In this document: piece by piece, positions 19,501 through 28,142 of the stretch
Position numbering within the stretch: the first letter of the stretch is position 1
Layout of the letters: each line of letters starts with the position of its first letter
Virus record (IMG/VR): IMGVR_UViG_3300030372_003937
Span: 1-35,381 of that record
DNA: 35,381 bases
Direction: 5' to 3' (one strand)
From: a virus
Taxonomy: Duplodnaviria; Caudoviricetes
Notes under the pieces: generated by a model
Database searches by the model: none
Told to the model about the DNA's origin: nothing
Seen by the model: the letters and a program-made list of their open reading frames with translations, nothing else
Program-made: the position numbers and the translations under genes

Positions 19501-19941
19501 ATGAGAAATAATAGTGTTCTAAAACTTCTTACTTCTCCAAGATTAAGAAAAAAAGAATATGAAGAGGCTATTAAATTAGGAGCTAATTTGCCTGATTTAA
19601 ATTCTGTTAAATCTCAAGGAAAATATATTTACAATCTTAACCGACTAGGGTCTATTTTTGCCTCTGAAGCATCTCTTTTGGCTGGAAGCGGAATTTTAGC
19701 AGAGATAGGAGGTGAAGGACGGAAAGCTGTAGAACAAGAAAATATTCAATTTAGTAGAGCAGCTAAAGAAAGTTTAGCTGATCCTGAACGTGTATTTACT
19801 AGAACACCTATAATTAGTCCTAATTTATTTGATCCAACAAGAAAAAACCTTCAAGGAGGTGTGCCTAGTATCTTTAAACAACAAAAACCTCAAGAAATGT
19901 TGCGTAATGAAGAAATTAAAAAATTAATGGGGATACAATGA
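16579..19941 (+). CDS. Very large internal virion / ejection protein
   Basis: 1120 aa, mostly helical, with Gly/Ala-rich hydrophobic segments near both ends; last of the ejection cluster. Confidence 0.6.
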   Translation: MSVISIKTPNGLKRVRISGDVPTSDELDKIKQAYPDSSGQGFNYDIIGQSETMEQETLPEPVGEAQSAKLRFQVARMDNDEEKQNLLNQLLGEGTTERVSQDTFVIDQSKVSPEIRERYGFSDTGRIYLDEPGFTFNDLIDFGGEAGPEVATAIGASLASTGVGIIPGMLIVGAAAGATKAVDELIEYSQGLNRQSAGEVAGMIATSAVSNALFEGGGRLLAKGIGRLIKGPGPEISAARLKELEESGKFKSSFFEPGVTAKQAAREEASADFSRLISEGAKPTIQAATGKSLAARTLAVNEKIAPNPNVGRANFGYVQDTLKKLDKGILSEEQALKMLADNNSAIARNIASELADPDKAFKLSQKHLNDIVKKELAEYEARFVPSKKVPELFTDNLQLAATLFKTEANNLYDVAEKTIGGKAIFDIKPIVDTIDNLAKDNPFVQYGGALFDTIKKRASEGGMGIGELQQLRSALRSARGDTDLVSSAAQGGIGRVINSVDELMDAKQIELAKASVDGFQTLKHPVGAVDSAGNKIGGQYYKVDMGPTELADLRKGLDEWSKSNKFFREGQETFNNTAVNTILKQAKDKFFTSNIDVLNSIVQPGNAPKLAMYLNAVTPTKNMTQKLASPGANNLINNVKQLVEADKFTAAEELVAGSGLDGIIPKIRGFMDDLPAEDVFRVSQKKAYLKELDNLSQLAESGINPQLMRESVRNSLAKTWIAKTKSSATDSLKKFNPSDFASKFTSLGDDLQNTLFGKANAQSMREAMEAFQVNSLDENTAAQLFEALPTLTNQSLKAQVNTLKEITERATLESKDAVLSSIRSGRIDTPSKLVSGLLDNPNSYNRLKTVVGIDELEKAGGVKDMVMNNLIRGSLAKPGFNEATIQGGEWGRALKDVILKQNKNGALSTILGDDVVSNLNKLSDDAIKVSDIPIKGFGGIAAAPAAIALIALAVKGSLITAGTSLATIVGLSRFMRNNSVLKLLTSPRLRKKEYEEAIKLGANLPDLNSVKSQGKYIYNLNRLGSIFASEASLLAGSGILAEIGGEGRKAVEQENIQFSRAAKESLADPERVFTRTPIISPNLFDPTRKNLQGGVPSIFKQQKPQEMLRNEEIKKLMGIQ

Positions 19942-20387
19942 TAAGACTTTCAACACACTTCTCTTTAAAAGAACTGACTAGATCCGAGACAGCAGTTCGT
20001 AAGGGTATTAAAAACGAACCTAACGAAAGAGAAATAGAAAATTTAAAAAGGGTATGCGAGAACATACTGGAACCCGTTAGGGTTCATTACGGTATACCGT
20101 TTACACCTTCGAGTGGTTTCCGTTCTTTACCTTTAAACACGGAAATTGGATCTTCCAGTAAATCACAGCATATACAAGGTCAAGCTGTTGATTTTGAAAT
20201 ACCTGGTGTTCCTAATCTTGAACTTGCAATGTGGGTAAAAGATAATTTAGATTATGACCAGTTGATATTAGAATTTTATAAGAAGGATGTGCCAGACTCA
20301 GGATGGGTGCATTGTAGTTATGTTGAAGACAGAAACAGAAAAGATTCAAAGCGGTTTGATGGACGAACTTGGGAATCGTTGTCCTAG
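19938..20387 (+). CDS. Endolysin, peptidase M15A-like zinc peptidase
   Basis: 149 aa; LSTHFSLKEL, SGFRS..LN..IG..SKSQH..GQAVDF, DQLILE, GWVH zinc-ligand pattern. Confidence 0.85.
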   Translation: MIRLSTHFSLKELTRSETAVRKGIKNEPNEREIENLKRVCENILEPVRVHYGIPFTPSSGFRSLPLNTEIGSSSKSQHIQGQAVDFEIPGVPNLELAMWVKDNLDYDQLILEFYKKDVPDSGWVHCSYVEDRNRKDSKRFDGRTWESLS

Positions 20388-20490
20388 TTGTGGGTGCCGT
20401 GAATCAAAGATCTTTGTCCATGGACACTATCAGTGCGTTAATTGTAAATCAATCACGGACGGTGATTGCTGTCAGGGAGTTCCTTTCTAA
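20359..20490 (+). CDS. Small Cys/His-rich zinc-binding protein (43 aa)
   Basis: MDELGNRCPSCGCRESKIFVHGHYQCVNCKSITDGDCCQGVPF. ATG 20359 preferred over the track's 20287; stop overlaps the next ATG. Confidence 0.6.
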   Translation: MDELGNRCPSCGCRESKIFVHGHYQCVNCKSITDGDCCQGVPF

Positions 20491-21133
20491 TGGCTGAAAG
20501 AATAGGAGGTTTCTCTTCTTTAAATCAAGATGGCACTAAAGAGTCCCGATTTGACATTCGAACTCCAGGAGAGGGTTTGCCTGTAGGACCTCTTACTTTT
20601 TCAGGAAATTATTTTTCAGGTTCTTCTGAAAGAACTCCTGAAGCTTTAGGAATGCCTTCAGAATTTATAAAGTTTATGCAAGAAAGAGGAACTCCTGTAG
20701 AAAATTTAAAAATAGATGAGTCTTCATATAATGTTGGGATAGCGGCCCATTTACCTAGAAAGGTGTTGCCTAAGTTTATGGAAAGAGTTTTAAGACCAGA
20801 AAAGGTTAATGTTTCTTATGGTCAATCGAAACAGGAAGTTACTACTCCTTTTAAAGAAAACATTGTCAATACAAACATATTAAGAGGAATAGGAGGAGAA
20901 GGTCAAATTCTAAGAGGTATGTTTGAAGACAACGCTCCCAGAGCTAGATTTCAGTATTTTGAACCAAACAGGTCTGATCGTATGGTTTCAGGATCTGTAG
21001 AGGCTCCTGTTGGGCCAGGTATTCTTTCATTTTCTGGGCAAAGATTATTTAACGAAGAACAACCTAACAACTATAATGCACGGTTAGGTTACACAATTAA
21101 TTTTTAGATTAATGGAGTTCCTTTCTAATGGCT
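20476..21133 (+). repeat. Exact 20-bp direct repeat (SD + ATG) bracketing one gene
   Basis: GGAGTTCCTTTCTAATGGCT at 20476-20495 and 21114-21133. Confidence 0.9.
20490..21107 (+). CDS. Hypothetical beta-strand-rich protein with OMP-like C-terminal Phe (beta-barrel candidate)
   Basis: Start moved to ATG 20490 (GGAG SD); 205 aa ending NYNARLGYTINF. Confidence 0.6.
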   Translation: MAERIGGFSSLNQDGTKESRFDIRTPGEGLPVGPLTFSGNYFSGSSERTPEALGMPSEFIKFMQERGTPVENLKIDESSYNVGIAAHLPRKVLPKFMERVLRPEKVNVSYGQSKQEVTTPFKENIVNTNILRGIGGEGQILRGMFEDNAPRARFQYFEPNRSDRMVSGSVEAPVGPGILSFSGQRLFNEEQPNNYNARLGYTINF

Positions 21134-21976
21134 AATACTATTTCAGAAGCGTTATTGAGAAGATCTGGTCAAATAAGTAACGATCCAGTTTCTTATGAGG
21201 AGTTGCAGTCTCCTCCTCCTCAAACTCAAACTCAACGTCAAGTATTTAATTCTTTAGTTCCTGACTCACAAAGTTTACAAGAAATTGGTATTAATGATCC
21301 TATTATTCAAGCAACTATAAATGCTATAGACAGTATAAGATTTGATAAAAAAGAACCTTTTGATACAGTAAATGAATATCCACTTCCTGATAATGCTTTT
21401 ACGAGAGGAATAATGAATTTAACAGGAAATGTAGAGGATAAGGTTATAGCTCCTTTTGTAAATAAGTTAACAGATACTTTAGAAAATCCAAATCCATTAA
21501 ATATTGGACAAGCAGGACTTAAAGTAGCATCCGCACTTGGTAAGATTAATCCTGTAACTGGTATTCTTGGTCAAGGTGTTTTTAATGCTTTAGACTTTTC
21601 TCAATTAAACAAACAACTTGACGACTACGGAGTTCCAAAAAAGAACCAGCTTGGCTTTTTAGATTTTCTTTCTTCTATGATTCCATTCACACCATCACTA
21701 CAAGAACGAAGTCAAAATATTTTAAATATACACAATGAAGGTATAATGGGTAAAGTTAGAGACGATATGTTTAATGCAGCTTTTGGTAATTATAATATGG
21801 ATCTTGCAGGTTTCCCAGGAGATCCCGCACAAGGTTCTGGAATATTTAGTACGGGAGCTGGCCGTACAGGAGATCCCGCACAAGGTGCTGAAGTAAGCTC
21901 TGATGTGGATAGTGATGATGACCTTGGTGGATACGGAGGTTTTGCTGAAAACGATTATGATGGTTCTACTATTTAG
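21128..21976 (+). CDS. Hypothetical protein, ejection-protein-like with acidic tail
   Basis: 282 aa; Gly-rich amphipathic middle; GDPAQG duplicated (20 bp exact at 21816 and 21867); stop overlaps the convergent polymerase stop. Confidence 0.55.
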   Translation: MANTISEALLRRSGQISNDPVSYEELQSPPPQTQTQRQVFNSLVPDSQSLQEIGINDPIIQATINAIDSIRFDKKEPFDTVNEYPLPDNAFTRGIMNLTGNVEDKVIAPFVNKLTDTLENPNPLNIGQAGLKVASALGKINPVTGILGQGVFNALDFSQLNKQLDDYGVPKKNQLGFLDFLSSMIPFTPSLQERSQNILNIHNEGIMGKVRDDMFNAAFGNYNMDLAGFPGDPAQGSGIFSTGAGRTGDPAQGAEVSSDVDSDDDLGGYGGFAENDYDGSTI

Positions 21977-23897
21977 CTAACCCCCAATTCTCTCCTAGTC
22001 CTACATCTATCTTAGAAGGTATCTTCATTTTTGGTACGCAGTTCTCCATAATATCTTTAATTTCAACAACTTGTTTATCACTCTCTATAGAAAAACAAAG
22101 TTCATCGTGAACAGTAAGCATGGGCCAATGACCATTGCCAATACAGTTCTGCATAGCTTTTTTAGTTTGATCTGCCGCTGATGCTTGTATTAATCGGTTA
22201 AGAGCCTTGTACACAAAAGCAACCTGATAGTTTTGTGGATTTTTTTTGTGCCAATCATCTGGTCTCTCTTCTAACGGGGTATCTATGATTTCCTTCCATT
22301 GCTCCTCTAGCTTTTCTGCATGGATTAATGTTTTTGACTTAATTGAAAAACCTTTGGGTTCACGCATTGGAAAACGACATTTACGTCCTAACAAAGTTCT
22401 AACCTCACAACGTTTAGAAGCCGCATCCATTACAGAGGATGCTAGGGCACGAATAAAAGGAACCTTTTCATCATATTCATTTCGTATTGCTTTGGCTTCT
22501 TCAAAAGGTATATCTCCTAAAGTAGATGCTAACTTACCAACTCCCATACCATACATGGTTCCAAGATTTATAATTTTTGCTTGGTATCTATCTACATCAG
22601 CTATGTCTGCCATGATCTGATGAAAGTCTACATCTGACTTTTGATACTCATGCACGATCTCTTTTACCCTGTCATTATCTTTAGTTGCAGGAGCAATCGA
22701 GGCATAGTGCATCAGCCACCTGGGTTCTTGGGAGCTGTAATCAAAACTTCCCCATTTGCATCCTTCTTCTGGCAGAAATAAACCCCTAATAAGTTCTTTG
22801 ATTTCTGGATGCCGAGAGGGAACTTGCTGTAAATTAGGATGGCTTGACGAGAAGCGTCCAGACACAGTTCCACCTTCATCTGAGCGCAACTGATTAAACT
22901 GACAATGGATGCGACCATTGTGCTGATGATTAAGAATCGTATCCACAAAGGTTGTATTTGCCTTATTATACTCTCGAACTTCCAGAATTTTTTTAGCAAT
23001 CGGATGTTCGTGAGTTTTCAAAAAGTGTTTTGTAAAGCTTGGAGCATCTGACTTAGGTGTTCTTTCATAAGATAAGTTAAGATTTTCAAAGGCAGAAGCA
23101 AGGCTTTTAGCGTTCCATGGTTCAATGTGAACGCCCGTTTCATCATATAGTTCTTTTAAAATTGATTTCTCTTTAGACAGAAGATAGGCTTTTGTTTTCT
23201 CTGCTTTGTCCAAGTCTACTCGAACCCCACGTTTTCTCATTTCAAATACAAGAGGTAATAAAGACAACTCCATTTCTAAAATGTCCTGACAATTGTCTTC
23301 TTTTAGTTTGTTATGAAGAACGTCCCATAGTTTTAATGTTAGTTCTGCATCTCCTTCTGCATATAAGGCAACTCTTTCGGCTGGAAGCTTCCACATTTCT
23401 GCTTTTGCATTTACACCATGTTGATCTGCCGCACGTTTTAAATCTTCTTCTTTTTTTCTTTGCCCCAGATATGTCGCACCCAATGAGTTAAGAGAGTAAC
23501 TAAATCTATTCTCATCGAGAATTGGTGCAGCAACCATAGTGTCAAGAATATTTCCTTTGACCTCTATTCCTTCTGATAACAACCAACCCAAGTCATATTG
23601 AGCATTATGAAATACAACGGACATGCCATGGTTAAGCTGGTCTTGAAGCCATCCAAGAACAAGGCTCTTAGCCATGTTTCCTCCTCCCTCATGACCAATA
23701 GGAAGATAGGAACTCCATCCAGAAACAGCAACAGCAATTCCTATAAGCTTTCCATCTTGTCTAACCCACCCTGGACCCAGATCTTTTATCTTTGGATCTT
23801 TTGTTTCTACGTCAATGCACATAAGCTTTTCACCAGATAAATCTGGCAAATGCTCTGGAGGAGACCAAACTTTTTCGTCAAATAAATCTTCACGCAT
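21969..23897 (-). CDS. polA: DNA polymerase family A with 3'-5' exonuclease domain
   Basis: ExoI CIDVET, ExoII FHNAQYD, motif A DYSSQEPR, motif B AKIINLGTMYG, motif C VHDEL. Start moved to ATG 23897, overlapping the upstream stop. Confidence 0.95.
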   Translation of the reverse strand: MREDLFDEKVWSPPEHLPDLSGEKLMCIDVETKDPKIKDLGPGWVRQDGKLIGIAVAVSGWSSYLPIGHEGGGNMAKSLVLGWLQDQLNHGMSVVFHNAQYDLGWLLSEGIEVKGNILDTMVAAPILDENRFSYSLNSLGATYLGQRKKEEDLKRAADQHGVNAKAEMWKLPAERVALYAEGDAELTLKLWDVLHNKLKEDNCQDILEMELSLLPLVFEMRKRGVRVDLDKAEKTKAYLLSKEKSILKELYDETGVHIEPWNAKSLASAFENLNLSYERTPKSDAPSFTKHFLKTHEHPIAKKILEVREYNKANTTFVDTILNHQHNGRIHCQFNQLRSDEGGTVSGRFSSSHPNLQQVPSRHPEIKELIRGLFLPEEGCKWGSFDYSSQEPRWLMHYASIAPATKDNDRVKEIVHEYQKSDVDFHQIMADIADVDRYQAKIINLGTMYGMGVGKLASTLGDIPFEEAKAIRNEYDEKVPFIRALASSVMDAASKRCEVRTLLGRKCRFPMREPKGFSIKSKTLIHAEKLEEQWKEIIDTPLEERPDDWHKKNPQNYQVAFVYKALNRLIQASAADQTKKAMQNCIGNGHWPMLTVHDELCFSIESDKQVVEIKDIMENCVPKMKIPSKIDVGLGENWGLAK

Positions 23898-24159
23898 CTT
23901 TTTGAGACAATGCTGCCCATATGGAAGTGTATGCAGATGCATCCACTCCATCATCCATATTAGGAGATCCTAGTTCATCTCTGGATATTTTTAACAAAAC
24001 CATGCAGAAAGCTACTTCTTGTGCGCTTATAGGTGTTTTTAAATAAGCACTCCATAAATCTGCTACTCTTTTATGTTGCTGGGTATAATCTCCATGTTGC
24101 TTGGCACGATCTCCGCTAACTAATGATGCAGCTTTGTTTAGTATTTCTTCTGGTTTCAT
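23890..24159 (-). CDS. DUF6378-like small helical protein
   Basis: 89 aa; ILNKAASLVSGDRAKQHGD...ADLWSAYL...VAFCMVLLKISR...VDASAY pattern. Confidence 0.75.
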   Translation of the reverse strand: MKPEEILNKAASLVSGDRAKQHGDYTQQHKRVADLWSAYLKTPISAQEVAFCMVLLKISRDELGSPNMDDGVDASAYTSIWAALSQKDA

Positions 24160-25679
24160 ATCACATAATTCCTATTGGTTGTTGGATAAAGCACGTGAAG
24201 AGCTTGCTTGGCTCTTGTAACGGCAACATAAAAAACTCTATGCTCTATAGAGGGATTTTTTTGATACTCCTTATGAGCCGCATAAGAAATATCAGGAATG
24301 ACTATAACATTGTCTGATTCTCCACCTTTCATAGAATGTATAGTACTTACTTTTATACGAGGACTTTTAACGTTATCTCCCCTTCTCAGGGCATTAAGAA
24401 TGTAGTTTTTAGTTTCTAAATCTATTTTTTCAAGGGCTCTGTGCCATCTAATCGATCCATCAACTAACAATCCTAAATTGTCTTTGGCATAAGACATGTT
24501 GTAAACACCCTCTTCATCCATAATCAAAAGTGTTTTAGACCTTGGACCATAACCTCTTTGAAAACCCTTACCCACTTTCATGAAGGTATAGATATTTCTA
24601 ATCTTGGAAGGAGATATGGAAGTACCCTTGGACCAGGTTTCCCAATCCATAATAGCTTCATACGTTTTAATTGGAATACTAGGATGACCATTACGGCTAT
24701 ATACCCATCCTTCATCCCTTAATTGTGAAGCATAATAAGAAGCAATTCTATTAGTTCTTGCCATAAGACACCACTCTCCTTCTCCAAGCGGTATGTCCCA
24801 TAAACTTTGATGATACCTGACACTTCCCGCACGTTCTTTCGGAAACCATTCTTTAGGAGCTCTACCGTGTATTCTATTAACAATACTCTGTGCCTGATCC
24901 CACACCGCTTCAGGAACACGGTACGATTGATTTAGAACTGTCTTCTTCTCCGTTGCATTTAGAAAAGCTTTAACATCTGCTCCTTGAAAGTTCATAATTG
25001 CCTGATCATCATCCCCGGTGAAAACCTGTATGCGAGGGTTTTTCCTAAGAACATTGACCATGGACCATTGAAGTGTAGACAGATCCTGTGCCTCATCAAC
25101 AAATAGTGCGTCAATGTCAGGACAAACATCTGATGCAACAAAATTTTCTATCATGTCTGTAAAATCTATTTTGTGATATGCGTTCTTGTAATCTTCATAA
25201 GCGCGAACTAATCTATTTAGTTCTGAAAAATTTAGATTGTAATCTCCTGTAATACGATACATTTCTTCAATCGGTAATTTTTTACTTCGAGACAGATGAT
25301 ACAAATTCATGTAATTATCACCCATGGATACACCTAGATTATCAAAATCTGTTTCGGTGTTAGAATTTTTGACTCCAAAAGATACGCCAGTAGCCATACC
25401 GATAGTCTTTAAATCCTTTGGCGACATAACGTCATCTGTCTTGTATCCACCTGCTCTGTACGCCATGGAATGCAACGTTTGAAAGTAAGGTAAATCTTGC
25501 TCGTTAATGTTCCAGTCGTTTGATACACGTTCACGACTTTCTGCCGCCGCCTTACGTGTAAACGAAACACACGCAATGCGATTAGGATCTATCCCCTCTT
25601 GAATACAATCACGGACACGATTGGAGTTAGTCTGTGTCTTTCCTGTTCCTGGAGGTCCCAGTATCGTTTCGCTTTGCAT
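24156..25679 (-). CDS. UvrD/Rep-like superfamily 1 helicase
   Basis: GPPGTGKT, SFTRKAA, TLHS, DEAQD, GDDDQAI, QSYR, STIHSMKGGE, YVAVTRAK. Confidence 0.92.
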   Translation of the reverse strand: MQSETILGPPGTGKTQTNSNRVRDCIQEGIDPNRIACVSFTRKAAAESRERVSNDWNINEQDLPYFQTLHSMAYRAGGYKTDDVMSPKDLKTIGMATGVSFGVKNSNTETDFDNLGVSMGDNYMNLYHLSRSKKLPIEEMYRITGDYNLNFSELNRLVRAYEDYKNAYHKIDFTDMIENFVASDVCPDIDALFVDEAQDLSTLQWSMVNVLRKNPRIQVFTGDDDQAIMNFQGADVKAFLNATEKKTVLNQSYRVPEAVWDQAQSIVNRIHGRAPKEWFPKERAGSVRYHQSLWDIPLGEGEWCLMARTNRIASYYASQLRDEGWVYSRNGHPSIPIKTYEAIMDWETWSKGTSISPSKIRNIYTFMKVGKGFQRGYGPRSKTLLIMDEEGVYNMSYAKDNLGLLVDGSIRWHRALEKIDLETKNYILNALRRGDNVKSPRIKVSTIHSMKGGESDNVIVIPDISYAAHKEYQKNPSIEHRVFYVAVTRAKQALHVLYPTTNRNYVI

Positions 25680-25779
25680 TTACTACTCTCTTACAAGACA
25701 AACATAATTCATCGTCACCTTCCCATAAAGTTCTGGTGACTTTTCCACACCACGGACAATCTAGCCAACGTTCATTCAT
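25627..25779 (-). CDS. Zinc-ribbon micro-protein (50 aa, not in ORF track)
   Basis: MNERWLDCPWCGKVTRTLWEGDDELCLSCKRVV...; ATG overlaps the primase stop (TAATG); two CxxC motifs. Confidence 0.6.
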   Translation of the reverse strand: MNERWLDCPWCGKVTRTLWEGDDELCLSCKRVVNAKRNDTGTSRNRKDTD

Positions 25780-27314
25780 TAAAATGGTGGATCTTCTGGT
25801 TCAAACGTAACTTCTGGAAGATCTACTTCTCCTCTATTCATTTCTGGCACGAACCACACTCTAACCGATTTCCATCTATCTTGGTTATCTTTAAATCTGT
25901 AAGTCTTGTCCGCCTCAACACCCTCATTCATTTCTTTAAGACGTTCTGTTATTTGACCACGAGTATAATGCGTAAATCCATTTCTTTTTAAAAAATCTTG
26001 CAAAGAACTAAGTTTAAAATAAGTAAGACCTTCTTCTGTCCAAGGCTTCCCGGTTAATAACTCTTCTGGACTATGAGCGGAGATTCTAGATGTACAAAAA
26101 GACTCAACTAATTCTATAAACAGTCCTCTGTGTGTAAGTTCATCAGGAACTGAAATACGTGTTGCATCATTTAACAAAGTGTCTATCAGGTCCCTCCAAT
26201 CATTATCCTTCATCTTAGCTGGCATTTTATACATCTGTTCCATGCAAGCACGCTGAAACTCAACCTGCATCTGTAACTGTTTAGTAGACAGTTCGAGCCT
26301 TGCTCCATCTACATTAATAAACCAAACAGGAGGTTCAGACTCTACAACTGTTAACCCTCCTACTACAGGATGAGAGTTGTGAAACCCTATTCCAAATTTA
26401 CGACTACGACATAAGGACTTATTGCAATGACTTTGCAAGGGTTCCTGCTTGCACGTAAAAGCATAATCTTTTTTTTCAAGCTGTTCTTGAATAGAAACTA
26501 TTTCTCTCGCTGGTAATGGTGGATTGCAATAGTCCATGTTGTGATTTTCCAGTAGTTCCTTCCAATCATTAGGAGAACATTTTCTATAGTATATACCAAT
26601 ATTTAGAAGAGTCATATTACGACCACCCTCTGGTATTCCAAATTCTGTTAGTTGCTGACAACAAGGAGGTCCATCTGGAAGAACACTGCTTTTAGAACCG
26701 AGCTGTATGGAAGCTAACTGTTTAGCTGATATACGTAATTTCTCTGCTAATTTTAAAAACTTGGTCAAGGATAAGTTGTCACCATCCTTTGCCAAAGCAT
26801 ATCGTGTTGTGTGTTTTGAATTTTGATAAGGTAAATTTATAAAGTTGCCAATGTCTCCTCTGTCTGCGCGAACTTCTTCTTGCTTTGGAAATATCTCACA
26901 GTTGCCCCAACCAAGAACAGATGCAAACTCTGCAAGCCTGTCTCTAACTTCTGAAGCAGAAACCTTTTCTGACAAGAACAAAAATAAATGAGCACCACCC
27001 GATTTAGAACGGCACACAACCAAAGGTAATTTAAATCTTTGAACCTTTTTTAGTAAAGCTGGTATATCTAAATTATAATCGTCAATATCTAACGCACCAA
27101 AAGAACATCTGCTCGTCTCATCAATAGGAATGGATCCAACTCCAATCTTTCCATCTAGATGATCTTGAACAAGATTTACGGTCAACGGTTCATGGACAAT
27201 TTGATATTTGGCTTGTGTCTTACCATGTCTGGCACGATCTAAAACAGCCGTTTGTCCATGAGCCTTTCCGTAGCCCTCAAATAATTGAAGGAATTTTTCT
27301 GATGCGCTCCCCAT
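25779..27314 (-). CDS. AEP-superfamily primase (prim-pol) with PriCT-like and Cys-rich domains
   Basis: 511 aa; LDIDDY (DxD), RSKSGGAHLF, GNFINLPY, EGGRNMTL, C-x8-C-x4-C cluster. Confidence 0.8.
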   Translation of the reverse strand: MGSASEKFLQLFEGYGKAHGQTAVLDRARHGKTQAKYQIVHEPLTVNLVQDHLDGKIGVGSIPIDETSRCSFGALDIDDYNLDIPALLKKVQRFKLPLVVCRSKSGGAHLFLFLSEKVSASEVRDRLAEFASVLGWGNCEIFPKQEEVRADRGDIGNFINLPYQNSKHTTRYALAKDGDNLSLTKFLKLAEKLRISAKQLASIQLGSKSSVLPDGPPCCQQLTEFGIPEGGRNMTLLNIGIYYRKCSPNDWKELLENHNMDYCNPPLPAREIVSIQEQLEKKDYAFTCKQEPLQSHCNKSLCRSRKFGIGFHNSHPVVGGLTVVESEPPVWFINVDGARLELSTKQLQMQVEFQRACMEQMYKMPAKMKDNDWRDLIDTLLNDATRISVPDELTHRGLFIELVESFCTSRISAHSPEELLTGKPWTEEGLTYFKLSSLQDFLKRNGFTHYTRGQITERLKEMNEGVEADKTYRFKDNQDRWKSVRVWFVPEMNRGEVDLPEVTFEPEDPPF

Positions 27315-27351
27315 GAGAAAAGTGGTCCCCCCGTGTGCAGACGGGGAGACC
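27315..27351 (-). terminator. GC-rich hairpin (terminator/attenuator) between the SSB-like gene and primase
   Basis: Minus strand GGTCTCCCCGT-CTGCAC-ACGGGGGGACC followed by ACTTTTCTC and the primase ATG. Confidence 0.65.
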
Positions 27352-27361
27352 GCAGTCCTTC

Positions 27362-28138
27362 CTAGAACGGCACTTCGTCAGAGGACTGATCGTCCAACAT
27401 CAGATCAGAAGTAGCTACAGAAATCTGCAACTCTCCTTTTCTAATGTTGGTATGCAGTTCCTTACACTCGTAGTAGGCTTCCATACTCGGAACAGGACTA
27501 CCTACTTTAACAGACCATGAGTACCAGCTACCTTTGTCGTTGCCATCCTCTACACTGCTAAGTTGGTATGTATTTGCAAAACTTGGTAAAGTAGCCCCAT
27601 TATGCTTCTGCATGTGAGCCAAACTATTCCACTTCCGAGACACTTTAATTTGTGTTTTTTTCATGTCTACAATTGCACTTTCCAGATTTCCATCTTCGTG
27701 AACAATTTTGACATAGTGTTGTGCCGTCCTAACAAGTTCATTGCCATTTGGCAACAATTCCATTCCTGAATCTTTGTCACGAACTGCCTGTCGTACTTCT
27801 GGACTATTGTGATGTAACTCTCCGACAAATCCACCTCCAGACTGACGCGGTACAAACTCCAGAAGTTTCATAATGAAATGCACAGGCAAGACTGTTACGC
27901 CCTTATCTGCTTCCCAGATTTTATTAGTAACAGTATTAAATACGTCTCCCTGGGACGCACCTTCAATAAAAGCTGGGTCATTCTTTTTAAGTTGTGGACT
28001 TAACGCCTGTATGATTCGCAGAAAAGGCATCTGCATGTCACTTGTTGTTATATCTTCTAGTCCCATTCCAGCATCAGCCTCGAATGCATTTGCAAGTTCT
28101 GCTGGTAATGTGTTCTCTTTTTTTGGTGCTTTAGCCAT
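27362..28138 (-). CDS. Single-stranded DNA-binding-like protein
   Basis: 258 aa in the replication operon; PFLRIIQALSPQ, KGSWYSW; acidic tail DDQSSDEVPF. Confidence 0.65.
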   Translation of the reverse strand: MAKAPKKENTLPAELANAFEADAGMGLEDITTSDMQMPFLRIIQALSPQLKKNDPAFIEGASQGDVFNTVTNKIWEADKGVTVLPVHFIMKLLEFVPRQSGGGFVGELHHNSPEVRQAVRDKDSGMELLPNGNELVRTAQHYVKIVHEDGNLESAIVDMKKTQIKVSRKWNSLAHMQKHNGATLPSFANTYQLSSVEDGNDKGSWYSWSVKVGSPVPSMEAYYECKELHTNIRKGELQISVATSDLMLDDQSSDEVPF

Positions 28139-28142
28139 CGTT

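Noticed and set aside
23898-23954. N-terminal extension of the polymerase given by the ORF track
   Set aside because: It lies inside the DUF6378 gene; ATG 23897 gives the short overlap typical of this genome.
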